Assembly: GCA_027023265.1 (NCBI GenBank)
Contig: JALVVV010000055.1
Span: 19,907-83,906, forward strand
Direction: 5' to 3'
Length of the DNA: 64,000 nt
Source of the DNA: DHVE2 group archaeon
GTDB lineage: Archaea; Thermoplasmatota; Thermoplasmata; Thermoplasmatales; Aciduliprofundaceae
The notes beneath the pieces were generated by a model that saw nothing but the letters and a program-made list of their open reading frames with translations, ran no database searches and was not told the DNA's origin. Of this stretch, positions 35,880 to 46,652 are shown piece after piece. The stretch's first letter is position 1, and each line of letters starts with the position of its first letter. The position numbers and the translations under genes were made by a program.

Positions 35880-35896
35880 ACATAACACCGTTATGT
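35880..35896 (-). promoter_or_regulatory. Perfect 7-bp inverted repeat (ACATAAC-N3-GTTATGT) abutting the PadR start codon, a candidate autoregulatory operator
   Basis: The + strand reads acataacaccgttatgt, a palindrome with ACAT/ATGT half-sites reminiscent of PadR boxes. A TATA-like cttaaataaa lies about 45 nt upstream of the ATG. Confidence 0.35.
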
Positions 35897-36044
35897 ATGT
35901 TCTATCGTTATAGATGCCTTTATTTAAGTTTTTTGTAAAGCACATCCGTGAGGCTTTGCTTGACAATTTATGGGCGGTATTGAGTAACTCTTCTTTCTTG
36001 AGAGGTAGACGAATAATTTATAAGGAGAATGTCATGGGGGTAAC

Positions 36045-36119
36045 GGGCGCGTGGCCTAGCCAGGACATGGCGGCAGCCTCCTAAGCTGCAAGTCGCGGGT
36101 TCGAATCCCGCCGCGCCCG
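36045..36119 (+). tRNA. tRNA-Arg (CCU)
   Basis: Acceptor GGGCGCG/CGCGCCC plus G, anticodon stem GCAGC/GCTGC with loop CTCCTAA, T-arm GCGGG-TTCGAAT-CCCGC. Confidence 0.9.
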
Positions 36120-36132
36120 CTGGGTGGCAATT

Positions 36133-36456
36133 ATGGCCGAGTTGAATATTGGTGTGGAAGAGAAAATAAAGCTTGAAAAGTTGTTTCCAAAGGCTGACGT
36201 TGTGAGGATGGTTTCGAAGCATTCACCCCTGTACTACGGGAATATATATCCTATTGATGCAAAATACAAGCCGCTTTTAGGGGTGTTTTTTTACTTTGAT
36301 AACGAGAAGGTATATACATACCACGATGGTTTTGTGTGGATTGCTCCCGAAGACAGAATTTATATGAAAATAATGAACGTGCTAACTCTGACGGGAGATG
36401 GAAGAATAAGGATTGAGGGCGGAATGGAGTATTACTTTGGTGTGGAAAAGATTTAG
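36133..36456 (+). CDS. Hypothetical protein (about 107 aa)
   Basis: ORF beginning 14 nt after tRNA-Arg (ATG at 36133, or GTG at 36124). No motif recognised. Confidence 0.45.
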   Translation: MAELNIGVEEKIKLEKLFPKADVVRMVSKHSPLYYGNIYPIDAKYKPLLGVFFYFDNEKVYTYHDGFVWIAPEDRIYMKIMNVLTLTGDGRIRIEGGMEYYFGVEKI

Positions 36457-37322
36457 ACATCCACTCCAAAAACTGCCCTTATGACCACACCAATTAGAAA
36501 TGATACTGCAGCTATACCGAAGCTTATTGCCACCATTTCCATAAACAGTCTCTTGAAAGAGAGCTCTTTTACGACCGATACGAAAAATGTGAACAGCGAT
36601 ATGGCAAATACTCCCGCGAGAAGCGTGCCAAATAGCGCGTAGTAGTAGTTTTCAAGCAAAAAATATGGAAGAATGAGAATTACCACCGTTAGAAAATATG
36701 CCACTCCCGTATATGTGGCGGCCTTGCCTGGTTTCTCAAATTTTTCTGATTTTCTTGATAGGTACTCTGATGATGCCATTGACATTGCTGCCGCTAACCC
36801 GGTGATTAACCCAACAACACCGGTAAGCTTTGTGTTTTGAAGTGCAAAAGTTAATCCTGCAAGAGCACCGGTGAGTTCAACAAGCGCATCGTTTAGTCCT
36901 AAAACCATAGAACCTACGTAATCTATTTTTTCTTCTTTAATCATGGATATCAAGGCACGCTCGTGTTCTACTTCATCATCAATTATTTCGTCAATTCCAT
37001 CTATTATACCTTTGAGGGAACTGTACGCTTCCTGGGCTTCTTCTTCACCTGTCTCCATCATCTTTATGGCAAAGGTAACTCCAAATATTCTGGAGAGAAA
37101 TATGTACTTTTTTATCTTCCAGTGATCTGGTTCAATATCTTCTCCGGTGTATTTGCGCCAGAATCTGTAATGCCCAAGTTCTTCGTTTGCAATTTTTTCT
37201 AACAGTTTTCTATTTTTTCTGTCAATATTTGCAAGTTTTTTATAAACTTCGTACTCCGTTATCTCGTTTCTCTGAAAAGTACGAATCTTACTTTCAATCG
37301 ATGAGTCCAGAGACCCTAACAT
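36453..37322 (-). CDS. VIT1/CCC1-family iron transporter with an N-terminal ferritin/rubrerythrin-like domain
   Basis: ExxH pairs EELGHYRFW and EVEHERAL. VIT1 core GLNDALVELTGALAGL plus C-terminal TM helices. ATG at 37322 avoids overlap with rps10. Confidence 0.8.
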   Translation of the reverse strand: MLGSLDSSIESKIRTFQRNEITEYEVYKKLANIDRKNRKLLEKIANEELGHYRFWRKYTGEDIEPDHWKIKKYIFLSRIFGVTFAIKMMETGEEEAQEAYSSLKGIIDGIDEIIDDEVEHERALISMIKEEKIDYVGSMVLGLNDALVELTGALAGLTFALQNTKLTGVVGLITGLAAAMSMASSEYLSRKSEKFEKPGKAATYTGVAYFLTVVILILPYFLLENYYYALFGTLLAGVFAISLFTFFVSVVKELSFKRLFMEMVAISFGIAAVSFLIGVVIRAVFGVDV

Positions 37323-37362
37323 ATACTTAAAACGGAAAGTAAATATAAATAGATTGCGAGGC

Positions 37363-37677
37363 TCAGGACTTGAGCTCAATTTCTATATGTATTCCATCAG
37401 GAATCTGGATGCGCATTAACTGCCTCAGAGCACGCTCATCGGCATCAATATCTATCAACCTTTTATGTACGCGCATCTCCCAGCGCTCCCATGTCTCAGA
37501 ACCCTCTCCGTCGGGAGCCTTTCTTATGGGCACCACAAGCCTCTTCGTGGGAAGCGGTATTGGGCCATGCATCTCCACACCTGTTCTCTTGGCTATGGTG
37601 CGAATCTGGTCGCATACCTCATCAACCCTTTTGTGGTCGATGCCGCTTAGTTTTATTCTTGCTCTGTAGACAGCCAT
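37363..37677 (-). CDS. rps10: 30S ribosomal protein S10 (uS10)
   Basis: [49 protein letters not shown] before the ATG at 37677. Confidence 0.93.
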   Translation of the reverse strand: MAVYRARIKLSGIDHKRVDEVCDQIRTIAKRTGVEMHGPIPLPTKRLVVPIRKAPDGEGSETWERWEMRVHKRLIDIDADERALRQLMRIQIPDGIHIEIELKS

Positions 37678-37703
37678 AAAAATCACCAAAAATAAAAAGG
37701 GGT

Positions 37704-38975
37704 TTAGAATTCTTTCTTCTCGACCTCAATGCACTGCCCTGCAGCTACGGTCTGGCCCATATCTCTAACGGCAAACCTGCCAAGCTGTGGAATTTCCTTT
37801 ACGGGCTCTATGACCATTGGTCTGGTGGGGCGAATCTTCACTATTGCTATGTCTCCGGTCTTTATGAAATCTGGGTGGTCCTGTTTGGTAGAGCCAGTTC
37901 TCGGATCGAGGGTCTTTATGATTTCTTCAAATGTGCATGCAACCTGTGCGGTATGGGCGTGGAACACAGGTGTGTATCCCGGTGCGATAACGCTTGGATG
38001 GTTCAGCACGACTATCTGCGCGGTGAACGTCTTGGCCACTGTGGGCGGGTTGTTGCTGTGTCCTGCCACGTCTCCTCTCCTTATGTCCTTCTTGCCCACG
38101 CCTCTTACGTTGAACCCAACGTTGTCTCCAGGATACGCTTCTTTCATTGCCTGGTGGTGCATCTCTATGCTTTTAACTTCTCCACCTACATTTGCAGGCA
38201 TGAATGTTACCTTATCACCCACCTTGAGAACTCCTGTCTCAACGCGGCCCACCGGCACGGTTCCTATTCCTGTTATGCTGTAAACGTCCTGTACAGGTAG
38301 GCGAAGTGGCTTGTCAGTTGGCTTCGGCGGAAGCTTCAATCCATTCAGGAGCTCTATGAGCGTGGGGCCATTCCACCATGGCATGTTCTCGCTCTTCTTC
38401 ATTACGTTATCTCCCTTGTAACCGCTAATCGGAATGATGGGCACGTCCTTCCATCCTATCATGGCCAGCAGCTTCTCCACCTGCTTCTTAACTTCCTCAA
38501 ATCTCTCCTTGCTGTAGGGTGGCTTTGTTGCATCCATCTTGTTTATGGCAACTATGAGCTGTGGAACGCCCAGTGTCCTGGCGAGGAACAGGTGCTCTTT
38601 GGTCTGCTCCATAACACCCTCAGGTGCAGCTACTATGAGTATGGCCGCATCTGCCTGAGATGTACCTGTAATCATGTTCTTCACGAAATCCCTGTGCCCC
38701 GGGGCATCGATTATCGTGAAATAGTACTTGTCCGTAACGAACTTGCGGTGTGCTACATCTATTGTCACACCTCTCTCTCTCTCCTCCTTCAGGCGGTCCA
38801 TAACCCATGCGAACTCGAAAGTAGCCTTACCCTTCTCTTCAGCTTCCTTTCTGTAGTTCTCTATTATTCTCTGGTCAATTTCGCCATGCTCGTACAGCAG
38901 TCTTCCCACAGTGGTTGACTTGCCGTGGTCCACATGTCCGATGAACACGATATTCATATGTGGTTTTTCTGCCAT
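37704..38975 (-). CDS. tuf: Translation elongation factor aEF-1alpha
   Basis: [17 protein letters not shown] and NKMD motifs. Full-length, 423 aa. Confidence 0.97.
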   Translation of the reverse strand: MAEKPHMNIVFIGHVDHGKSTTVGRLLYEHGEIDQRIIENYRKEAEEKGKATFEFAWVMDRLKEERERGVTIDVAHRKFVTDKYYFTIIDAPGHRDFVKNMITGTSQADAAILIVAAPEGVMEQTKEHLFLARTLGVPQLIVAINKMDATKPPYSKERFEEVKKQVEKLLAMIGWKDVPIIPISGYKGDNVMKKSENMPWWNGPTLIELLNGLKLPPKPTDKPLRLPVQDVYSITGIGTVPVGRVETGVLKVGDKVTFMPANVGGEVKSIEMHHQAMKEAYPGDNVGFNVRGVGKKDIRRGDVAGHSNNPPTVAKTFTAQIVVLNHPSVIAPGYTPVFHAHTAQVACTFEEIIKTLDPRTGSTKQDHPDFIKTGDIAIVKIRPTRPMVIEPVKEIPQLGRFAVRDMGQTVAAGQCIEVEKKEF

Positions 38976-39020
38976 TTTTAATACCTCCTATTCGGTTTTC
39001 GCACTCCCATATACTCATTG

Positions 39021-39028
39021 TATATAAA
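39021..39028 (-). promoter_or_regulatory. TATA-box-like element (tttatata on the minus strand) upstream of tuf
   Basis: Lies about 46-53 nt upstream of the tuf ATG, with SD AGGAGGT in between. Confidence 0.4.
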
Positions 39029-39098
39029 TGCTTTTGCCATACATTACTTGTGAATCTCTGGAACAACTTAAAGAATGTTTATCGGTTATTGTTGGTTG

Positions 39099-42000
39099 TT
39101 ATTTATTAAACGTACTGTTTCCATTGCTTTGATTATCAAATTTGCCGAGCAATTTAGTGATTTTACTGACGTAGTACTCGAATCCCAGTTCTTTAAATAT
39201 GGTTTTGGCAGATTTTAAAAGATTTATGCCCTCTTCTATTGAGGAATCCAGTTTTATTAGTCCCATGTCCATCAGGGAAAGGGCATAGTTTCTCCTTATA
39301 TCTGTTTTCTCAGATAATTTTATTGCCTCTTTTATGTATTTCTCTCCGTTTTCAACATCCCCTGTTAATCCCATGACCTTTCCAATGAGTCGCAGTGGAT
39401 TTATTTTCATTATTTTGGATTTTTCCTCTTCTGCTATTTCCAAGGCGGCTTTTGCATGTGCCATCGCTTCATTGTAATTTTTCGTTTCTACCATGATCTC
39501 TGCCATGGTGATGTGGCTCTCATACAGACACTCTTTACAGTTTATATCACTGAGGATTTTTAAGCTTTCGTTAATATCCTCCACTGCTTCTTTCTCGTTT
39601 CCAGATGCAAACATGAGGGTAGCGATATCTCTTTTTGTCTCGCCTATCCCAATATCTGAATTTATGGATTCATATAATTCCATGGCTTTCATGTAAAATT
39701 CGTATGCATCGTCAAATTTACCCCTGAAATAGTGAATGTTGCCAATATACCTGTAGAGATCCGCTATGCTTTCTTTATCGTCCTGCTCTTTAGCAATATT
39801 CAAGGCTTTTTTAAAGTAATCCATTGCTTCGTTTAACATTCCCCATGTTGCATATATCACACCTATGTTCATATATGCAAGCATAGTGGAGAACCAGTCA
39901 TTAATCATCTCGCTTATTGATAAGCTCATTAGATAGTACTCCACTGCCTTGTGCAGGTTCTCTCTCTTTGCGTATATGTTTCCTATATTTGTAAGCACTA
40001 TGGGCCTGCTACTGTACACATACCCTATTTTGTCAAGTATTTTAAGTGCGTTTTTGTAATTTTCCAGCGCATCATCTAACTTTCCCATCGCATCGCAGGT
40101 TGCTCCCAGATTGTTATAATCAGTGGCAAGACCGTATAGGTCATTTATTTTCTCTCTTATCTTCATGGCCTTCATAAAATACTTATATGCGCTTTCAAAA
40201 TCCATCATATGCTCGTATATCGTTCCTAACACGTGATACGCATCTGCCTCTTCTTTGGTGAAGCCTTTTGATATCGCTATATCTGCTCCTTTTTTTGCAT
40301 ATTTTATTGCGTCATTTAGCTTGCTTCGCCGGATATACATCCATGCAATATCCAGATATATCTTTGCAGCTATGGAATTTTCATCACTTAGCATTGATAA
40401 AGCATTATAATACATGTCCTTTGCCTCGTCCCATTTTCCCATGCTGTCCATAGTTCTACCCATTCTTTCAAGGTACTCTGCGGCGTTATTTTTATTGCCC
40501 GTTGCTCTTGCTATTTTTAGTGCATTTTCAAGGTCACTTATACTTTTAGCGTACTCCCCCATGATTCTGTGCAATTCCCCTAATTCTGAATAAAGAAATT
40601 CCAGCTTCTCATCGTCTATGTTAAGTTCCTTTGCTTCCATGTATATTTCCAACGCGTCTTCATATGCGTAGATGTCCTTGGCACGTGCTGCGCCATTTAT
40701 GAAATACTCGTATGCTTTTTCTGGCACCTCACCCAGCTTGTAATGCCTGGCAATGTTTACCAGATACTTCTCATCATGTCCTTTTTCTTTCTCCATTACT
40801 TTTGCAATTTTTCGGTGAAGTAATTTTCTCTTTATTATTGACATTTCAGCGTATATTTCCTCTCTGACTATTCTTTCTTTAAATATATAGAAACCCGTAT
40901 CGGGGTCTTCCTCCCAAATGCCGACGGAGCTTATCCTTTCAAGCGCATCTATTAAATCAATCTCGTCTATTCCTACGGCTTTACCGAGTATTTCCGGGTC
41001 GATTCTGTATCCATATACAGTACCCACTTCCAGAACTCTTTTTTCAAGGGGTGTTAACATATCATATTTTCTGCTAACTATTGATTTTACAAGCTCTGGA
41101 ATACTTATACCGCCTCCCAAATTCTCATCGATGGATTCCATCATGTTCAGAGCCAATTCTCTAACAAAGAGAGGGTTGCCGCCACTGTATTCGTAAATCA
41201 TCTTTTTTACTTTTTCGTCAACGTTTCTTCCCGCAATTTTGTCTATCATTTCACTAACATCTTTGTATTTAAGTTCTCTCAGTTTTATCTCCTTATACAG
41301 TTTTTCTCTCATCATTTTGGATAGTACATCTCGAAGCGTATCGGTGATTTCCTCTCTTCTGAATGTGCATACAAATAGAATTCTCCTATCTTTTAGATTT
41401 CGTATTAGATAATGAAGAAGTTTAAGTGATGAGGAATCCATCCATTGAATATCGTCAAAAAAGATGAAAAGCTTGTTATTTTCCGTAAGTTGCTTTATTT
41501 TTTCCGTAAATTGATAAAACATTGCATTTCTCTGGTACTCTATATTCTCATTTTCACCGTGTTTTTGGGTATTTTTCAATACAGTACCTATCTCATCTCC
41601 GAATGCTTCTACAATGGGTAGATACGGAACTGTGGAATCATAATACGCCTTTGAATATAGAAATTTAAAGCCCCGTGACAGTGCATAGTTTTTAGCTTTC
41701 ATTACAAGGGTGGTTTTACCAATTCCAACTTCCCCAGATATCACCAGTGCATTTCCTTCTTTCTCAGAGGCTTCAATCATCTCAATAATTTCTTTCAGTT
41801 CTTTTTCTCTTCCCACAAAAACATCATCTTCTTCAATTCCGAGAGAATCAAAGAGAGATATTGCTGTAGAGGAAAATATCCTGTCACTATATTTAACGTA
41901 AACTTTTCTACCATTTGGAACTACGATATCTATCAGGTTCTTAAGGAACTCTACAAACGACTTTTCAGAAGCCATTTCTATCATGTACTCTGTGCATTCT

Positions 42001-42617
42001 ATATAGACATCTTTTTCTTTTATATCTTTTAACATTTCCAAACCAATTTCAAGAAAACGTTCCACCGAGCCGAACTCTCCGACGTACACTCCGTTTACAC
42101 CCTTATTAGATGTTATAATTACTGCAGTATTCCCTGAATATTCTTTTACCATAATCACTTTCGGATTCTCCATCTTTGTGTGTTTCTCATATGTGAAATC
42201 CGAAATAGAGCTCCAGCTTTTGGGATTTCCATTAACTCCCAAAACCAAGGTTAGGTTTTTATTTAGCGATTTGACTCTTTTTATCCAGTCAATTACGCGC
42301 TCCTTGCCATTAATTATGCTCAAATAATCTATTCCGTCCACCATAATACATTTTCCACCGGAGTTAACGTATTCTTCGACGATTTCCATCATCTCAAAAT
42401 CAAGACGTTCTGGATACACGGTGCCTTTTTTCCCATTACGGGTTATCCATACTACCTTTTTCACTCCGTATCTTTCTTTCAAAACTACATTGGGTTTTAT
42501 GCTCAAAATGAGGGAATCTGGGCACTGATTTAAAGCTAAATACGCAGAATGCACATTGGCTATAACATTAATCTTACCTTTTACAAGAGGTATCATACAG
42601 CTATCCATCATTTCCAC
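39099..42617 (-). CDS. Large STAND-type NTPase: N-terminal DUF835-like module(s), AAA_16/ORC-like P-loop NTPase, winged-helix-like segment, and a long TPR array
   Basis: aa 40-130, SLILSIKPNVVLKERYGVKKVVWITR...IMVDGIDYLSIINGKERVIDWIKRV, resembles DUF835. Walker A GEVGIGKTT (41709-41735). Walker B LFIFFDDIQWMD. About 500 aa of TPR units, e.g. DYNNLGATCDAMGKLDDALENYKNALKIL. Start is ambiguous (GTG 42617, ATG 42611 or 42608). Confidence 0.85.
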   Translation of the reverse strand: MEMMDSCMIPLVKGKINVIANVHSAYLALNQCPDSLILSIKPNVVLKERYGVKKVVWITRNGKKGTVYPERLDFEMMEIVEEYVNSGGKCIMVDGIDYLSIINGKERVIDWIKRVKSLNKNLTLVLGVNGNPKSWSSISDFTYEKHTKMENPKVIMVKEYSGNTAVIITSNKGVNGVYVGEFGSVERFLEIGLEMLKDIKEKDVYIECTEYMIEMASEKSFVEFLKNLIDIVVPNGRKVYVKYSDRIFSSTAISLFDSLGIEEDDVFVGREKELKEIIEMIEASEKEGNALVISGEVGIGKTTLVMKAKNYALSRGFKFLYSKAYYDSTVPYLPIVEAFGDEIGTVLKNTQKHGENENIEYQRNAMFYQFTEKIKQLTENNKLFIFFDDIQWMDSSSLKLLHYLIRNLKDRRILFVCTFRREEITDTLRDVLSKMMREKLYKEIKLRELKYKDVSEMIDKIAGRNVDEKVKKMIYEYSGGNPLFVRELALNMMESIDENLGGGISIPELVKSIVSRKYDMLTPLEKRVLEVGTVYGYRIDPEILGKAVGIDEIDLIDALERISSVGIWEEDPDTGFYIFKERIVREEIYAEMSIIKRKLLHRKIAKVMEKEKGHDEKYLVNIARHYKLGEVPEKAYEYFINGAARAKDIYAYEDALEIYMEAKELNIDDEKLEFLYSELGELHRIMGEYAKSISDLENALKIARATGNKNNAAEYLERMGRTMDSMGKWDEAKDMYYNALSMLSDENSIAAKIYLDIAWMYIRRSKLNDAIKYAKKGADIAISKGFTKEEADAYHVLGTIYEHMMDFESAYKYFMKAMKIREKINDLYGLATDYNNLGATCDAMGKLDDALENYKNALKILDKIGYVYSSRPIVLTNIGNIYAKRENLHKAVEYYLMSLSISEMINDWFSTMLAYMNIGVIYATWGMLNEAMDYFKKALNIAKEQDDKESIADLYRYIGNIHYFRGKFDDAYEFYMKAMELYESINSDIGIGETKRDIATLMFASGNEKEAVEDINESLKILSDINCKECLYESHITMAEIMVETKNYNEAMAHAKAALEIAEEEKSKIMKINPLRLIGKVMGLTGDVENGEKYIKEAIKLSEKTDIRRNYALSLMDMGLIKLDSSIEEGINLLKSAKTIFKELGFEYYVSKITKLLGKFDNQSNGNSTFNK

Positions 42618-42658
42618 ATTGTTTCAAAAATAATAAACTTTCTCAAAAAGAAGATAGA

Positions 42659-44863
42659 TTAGAGGCCTGCGTAATATGCCTCGTCATAGGGTTCTGGTTT
42701 CAAACCCTTTCTTTCGCGGATCTTGCGAACTATCTGCGGCTGCAGGTCCCTCGGCACGCGCTCGTATCCGGAGTTCTCAGTGCTCCAGAGGACTCTTCCA
42801 CCCGTGGCGCTTCTGATTGCGGAAGCGAAGCCGAACATCTCTGCCACCGGCGCCTTCGCGTGGATTATCGTCTGGTAGTCTTCCTGCTCCATGTCCTCTA
42901 TGATACCTCTTCTCTGCTGCAACTCCCTTGTTACTGCACCCACAAGCTCCGTGGGCACATTGACGTATACCTTTTGCATGGGCTCCAGGAGAACGCGGGT
43001 TGCCTGACACATCGCACCGTATATTGCATTGCGCACGGCAGGTATTACCTGCGCAGGACCGCGATGGATACTGTCTTCGTGGAGCTTTGCATCCACCAGC
43101 CTTACCTTTACTCCATATAGCTTCTCATTTGCCAGAGGTCCCTTTTCCACAGCTTCAAAGAATGCCTGTTTTACCAATTCCATGGTCTCATTCAAATACT
43201 GGACACCCCAGGTCATGTCCAAGAGTATGTTCGGGCCGCGGATTGCTTCAATTTTCTTAGCTTCATCTCTTGATAATCCAGCCTCTTCCAGCTTCTTGGT
43301 TATTGCTTTCCTATCCTTTATCCTATCCATTTCGGGAATTTCTCCGCTTTCAATTGCCTCTACAACTCCTTTTTCCAGGGGCTCAACTTCAATGTAGAAC
43401 TTGTTGTGCTTGTTCGGTGACTTACCTTCAAATGGCCCCGCCTTGTGGTCCACAGTTTCTCTATAAACCACGATTGGGGGAGAGGTTATCACTTCAACCT
43501 TGTACTCGTTAACTATGCGATAAACGGTGACCTCTAAATGCAATTCTCCCATTCCGCTAAGGAGGTGCTCACCCGTTTCCTGGTTTATTTCTACTCTCAG
43601 GCTCGGATCCGCTTTGGATACCGTGCGCAAAACTTCTATTAAACGAGGCAAGTCCTTGGTGTGCTTTGCTTCAATTGCCACGGTGACCACCGGTTCGCTG
43701 TAGTGTTTCATCGGTTCAAATGGCTCTATGTCCGGCTCGGTGGATACGGTTGAACCCGCAATCGCATCTTTAAGGCCGATAATGGCAGGGATATTTCCTG
43801 CATCCAGCTCGTCAACGGGTATTCTATCAGGCCCCACCATCATCGAAAGTTGCTGAATCCTGTACTTTTTCTTGCCTGCACCTATTATGTAGAGTTCTTG
43901 TCCTTTTCTGAGTGTGCCGCTGAAAAGACGGCCCACAGCAACCTCGCCAGCGTGCGGGTCCATGACTATTTTGGTTACCATCATTGCCACAGGTCCCTTC
44001 GGGTCACAGGTGAGCATAGCCTTCCCTATGGGACTCTCTAAGTCCCCATGCCATATTTTTGGAATTCTATATTTTTGAGCCTCCTTGGGGTTTGGCAGGT
44101 GCTTGACCACCATATCAAGAACGACCTGATGAAGGGGTGCCTTCTTTGCAAGTTCCTTTTGCTTATCTTGCTGAAGGTGCTCGAACACGTCTTTGAAGGA
44201 TATCCCAGATTTCTTCATGAACGGTACGCTTATTGCCCAGTTGTGATAAGCTGAGCCGAAAGCCACGCTGCCATCCTCCACGCGAACCATCCACTTGTCC
44301 CTGTATTCTTCTTCCGCGTATCTCCTTATCAACTTGTTAATTTCCTTAATTATCTTCTCAAATCGAGCCATCATTTGCTGACCGTCTAACTTGAGCTCGT
44401 TGATGAGACGGTCAACTTTGTTTATGAAAAGCACAGGCTTTACCCTCTCCCTGAGCGCCTGGCGAACTACAGTCTCGGTCTGAGGCATGATTCCTTCCAC
44501 GGCACAAACCACTACCACTGCACCATCAACAGCCCTCATGGCTCGAGTCACATCACCTCCGAAATCGACGTGGCCGGGAGTATCCAGTAGATTAATCAAA
44601 TACTCATTTCCCTCGTACTCGTGAACCATGCTGGCAGATGCAGTGTTAATTGTTATGCCGCGAGCCTGCTCCTGCTCATCGTAATCCAGAACCAGCTGCT
44701 TGCCGGCAAGTTCTTCTGACATCATACCCGCGCCAGCTATCAGATTATCGCTGAGCGTGGTCTTTCCGTGATCTATGTGAGCAGCAATACCTATGTTTCT
44801 TATGTGCTCAACGTCACCCATTATTTTCATTGCTTTTTTGATATTATCCTCTTTCCTTCCCAT
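42659..44863 (-). CDS. fusA: Translation elongation factor aEF-2
   Basis: [18 protein letters not shown] and NKVDR. Diphthamide-site context [11 protein letters not shown]. Confidence 0.97.
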   Translation of the reverse strand: MGRKEDNIKKAMKIMGDVEHIRNIGIAAHIDHGKTTLSDNLIAGAGMMSEELAGKQLVLDYDEQEQARGITINTASASMVHEYEGNEYLINLLDTPGHVDFGGDVTRAMRAVDGAVVVVCAVEGIMPQTETVVRQALRERVKPVLFINKVDRLINELKLDGQQMMARFEKIIKEINKLIRRYAEEEYRDKWMVRVEDGSVAFGSAYHNWAISVPFMKKSGISFKDVFEHLQQDKQKELAKKAPLHQVVLDMVVKHLPNPKEAQKYRIPKIWHGDLESPIGKAMLTCDPKGPVAMMVTKIVMDPHAGEVAVGRLFSGTLRKGQELYIIGAGKKKYRIQQLSMMVGPDRIPVDELDAGNIPAIIGLKDAIAGSTVSTEPDIEPFEPMKHYSEPVVTVAIEAKHTKDLPRLIEVLRTVSKADPSLRVEINQETGEHLLSGMGELHLEVTVYRIVNEYKVEVITSPPIVVYRETVDHKAGPFEGKSPNKHNKFYIEVEPLEKGVVEAIESGEIPEMDRIKDRKAITKKLEEAGLSRDEAKKIEAIRGPNILLDMTWGVQYLNETMELVKQAFFEAVEKGPLANEKLYGVKVRLVDAKLHEDSIHRGPAQVIPAVRNAIYGAMCQATRVLLEPMQKVYVNVPTELVGAVTRELQQRRGIIEDMEQEDYQTIIHAKAPVAEMFGFASAIRSATGGRVLWSTENSGYERVPRDLQPQIVRKIRERKGLKPEPYDEAYYAGL

Positions 44864-44873
44864 CTAAATCACC

Positions 44874-45440
44874 TTATCTTGCAGATGCCGCCACGCGCTC
44901 AATCTCTTCTTTCTTGGAGACTGCGTAGCTCGAAACGTCATTTTTCGAGGCCTTGATAATCTCGTCGGCAAGGCACTCTGCGGCGGATTTTGTATTTCGG
45001 AACGTGGAATTTACTGCTCCAAGCGCAATGTTGCGGAGAGCAATGTCCACCCTTCTTGATGGGGCCACGTCCACCGCCTTTGGCACGGCTATACCTGCCA
45101 TCTTCAACCTCGTAACTTCTTCTCGGGGTGCTGCGTTTATTATGGCATTAACCAGTACCTGCACCGGATTCTGCTTTGTTCTTTTTTCTATTATTTCAAA
45201 TGCGCCTTTTACAACGCCGTAAGCACTCATCTTTTTCCCAGTATATTTCTCCGTACGCATCATGTGGTTTATGAGCCTCTCAACTATGTTTACCTTGGAT
45301 TTCCCCAGGTGCCTCAGAACATGCCTCCCGTGGGTATGAAGCACCATTCTGGGCTCAAGGTTAATGTACCTTACCAGCCCAGGGTCTTTGACAACTACAT
45401 CATCCGTGGAGTATTTTCCAAATATAAGAAAGTCCACCAT
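44874..45440 (-). CDS. rps7: 30S ribosomal protein S7 (uS7)
   Basis: Position between S12 and EF-2, plus [41 protein letters not shown] upstream. Confidence 0.93.
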   Translation of the reverse strand: MVDFLIFGKYSTDDVVVKDPGLVRYINLEPRMVLHTHGRHVLRHLGKSKVNIVERLINHMMRTEKYTGKKMSAYGVVKGAFEIIEKRTKQNPVQVLVNAIINAAPREEVTRLKMAGIAVPKAVDVAPSRRVDIALRNIALGAVNSTFRNTKSAAECLADEIIKASKNDVSSYAVSKKEEIERVAASAR

Positions 45441-45444
45441 ACAA

Positions 45445-45873
45445 TCACCTCACAGGTTTCTCCTTTCTACCGCGAACAAGTTCGTTCAGGGATATCCCGT
45501 TTACTTTTATAACTTTATAACGCACTCCGGGGATATCTCCTTTGGAGCGCCCCAGCCTTCCGCCTATTCCTTCAATAACAACCTCATCGTGCTCATCTAT
45601 GAAATTTATGGCACCGTTGCCAGGTGCAAAAGCAGTTACAACCCTTCCGTTCTTTATGAGCTGCACCTTCACGCACTTTCTTATGGCGGAGTTGGGCTGC
45701 TTTGCCTCAATACCTACTTTTTCAATAACTATGCCGCGAGCCTGAGGCGAGCCCTCCAGCGGGTCGCTCTTTTCTTTCAAATGAAGAACTCTCCTCTTGT
45801 GATACTTATCACTCCACCTGAGCTTTTGCCTATCTTCACGCAGTTTTCTTGCATTGTAAAGTCCATTTCCCAT
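45445..45873 (-). CDS. rps12: 30S ribosomal protein S12 (uS12)
   Basis: [19 protein letters not shown]...[19 protein letters not shown] before the ATG at 45873. The track's N-terminal extension is implausible. Confidence 0.93.
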   Translation of the reverse strand: MGNGLYNARKLREDRQKLRWSDKYHKRRVLHLKEKSDPLEGSPQARGIVIEKVGIEAKQPNSAIRKCVKVQLIKNGRVVTAFAPGNGAINFIDEHDEVVIEGIGGRLGRSKGDIPGVRYKVIKVNGISLNELVRGRKEKPVR

Positions 45874-45948
45874 GGGAATCACCCTTTTGAAGCACCTAAA
45901 TAACCATGCATATAAAAATTTTATTACGTTTGAGCGCATTATTCCTCT

Positions 45949-46620
45949 ATGAAGGCAATAGCCCTGTTCTCGGGTGGAAAGGATTCCACTTATTCAATTT
46001 ACCTGGCAATGCAGCAGGGATTTGAGATAACCAGACTTGTGACAATCTATCCGAAAAACAGAGAATCTTACATGTATCACATACCCCAGATTGAAAGGAC
46101 GGAGTATCAGGCAGTTGCCATGGGTATCCCGAGGGATGTGTATAGAATTGACGATGATATGAACTCTCTAAAAAAAGTACTGGAAATGTATGATACTCAG
46201 GCGGTGGTTAGCGGAGCAATAGCTTCCAATTACCAGAAAACTAAAATTGAAGAAGTGTGCACCGATTTGGGTTTTTTATCGTACGCACCACTGTGGTACA
46301 AGAACCAGGAACAGATATTGTGGGATATGCTATCTGCAGGGTTGAAGATAATGATAGTGGGAGTGTATGCTTACGGGCTTGACTCCGAGTACCTTGGAAG
46401 AATAATCGATTCTACCCTAATTAAACGTTTAAAATTGGTTGAAGCAAAATACAAAATTAATTTGGCAGGTGAAGGTGGTGAATACGAGACATTCGTAATA
46501 GATGCTCCGTTTTTCCGTAAGAAAATAGTGGTGGAGGATACGGAGAAGACATGGGATGGGCTCCGGGGGGAATTGAAAATAGGAAAAATGAAGCTTGAGG
46601 ATAAGCCGAGAGATAGGTAA
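45949..46620 (+). CDS. PP-loop ATP-binding protein of the MJ0570/Dph6 (diphthine-ammonia ligase) family
   Basis: N-terminal [12 protein letters not shown]-loop and C-terminal [14 protein letters not shown]. Confidence 0.8.
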   Translation: MKAIALFSGGKDSTYSIYLAMQQGFEITRLVTIYPKNRESYMYHIPQIERTEYQAVAMGIPRDVYRIDDDMNSLKKVLEMYDTQAVVSGAIASNYQKTKIEEVCTDLGFLSYAPLWYKNQEQILWDMLSAGLKIMIVGVYAYGLDSEYLGRIIDSTLIKRLKLVEAKYKINLAGEGGEYETFVIDAPFFRKKIVVEDTEKTWDGLRGELKIGKMKLEDKPRDR

Positions 46621-46652
46621 AGGTGAAATATTAGAGAAGATTATACCGATGC

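Noticed and set aside
14893-36119. Genomic island bounded by tRNA genes (Leu, Pro, Arg)
   Set aside because: I found no duplicated tRNA 3'-half (att-like direct repeat) and no integrase. The gene content between the tRNAs is largely housekeeping (ABCE1, rpe, argF).
35968-36222. 84-aa minus-strand ORF
   Set aside because: It lies directly over tRNA-Arg (36045-36119). Its 'protein' is the antisense reading of the tRNA plus flanks.
37729-38300. 184-aa and 141-aa + strand ORFs
   Set aside because: They are antisense to tuf, the most conserved gene in the window.
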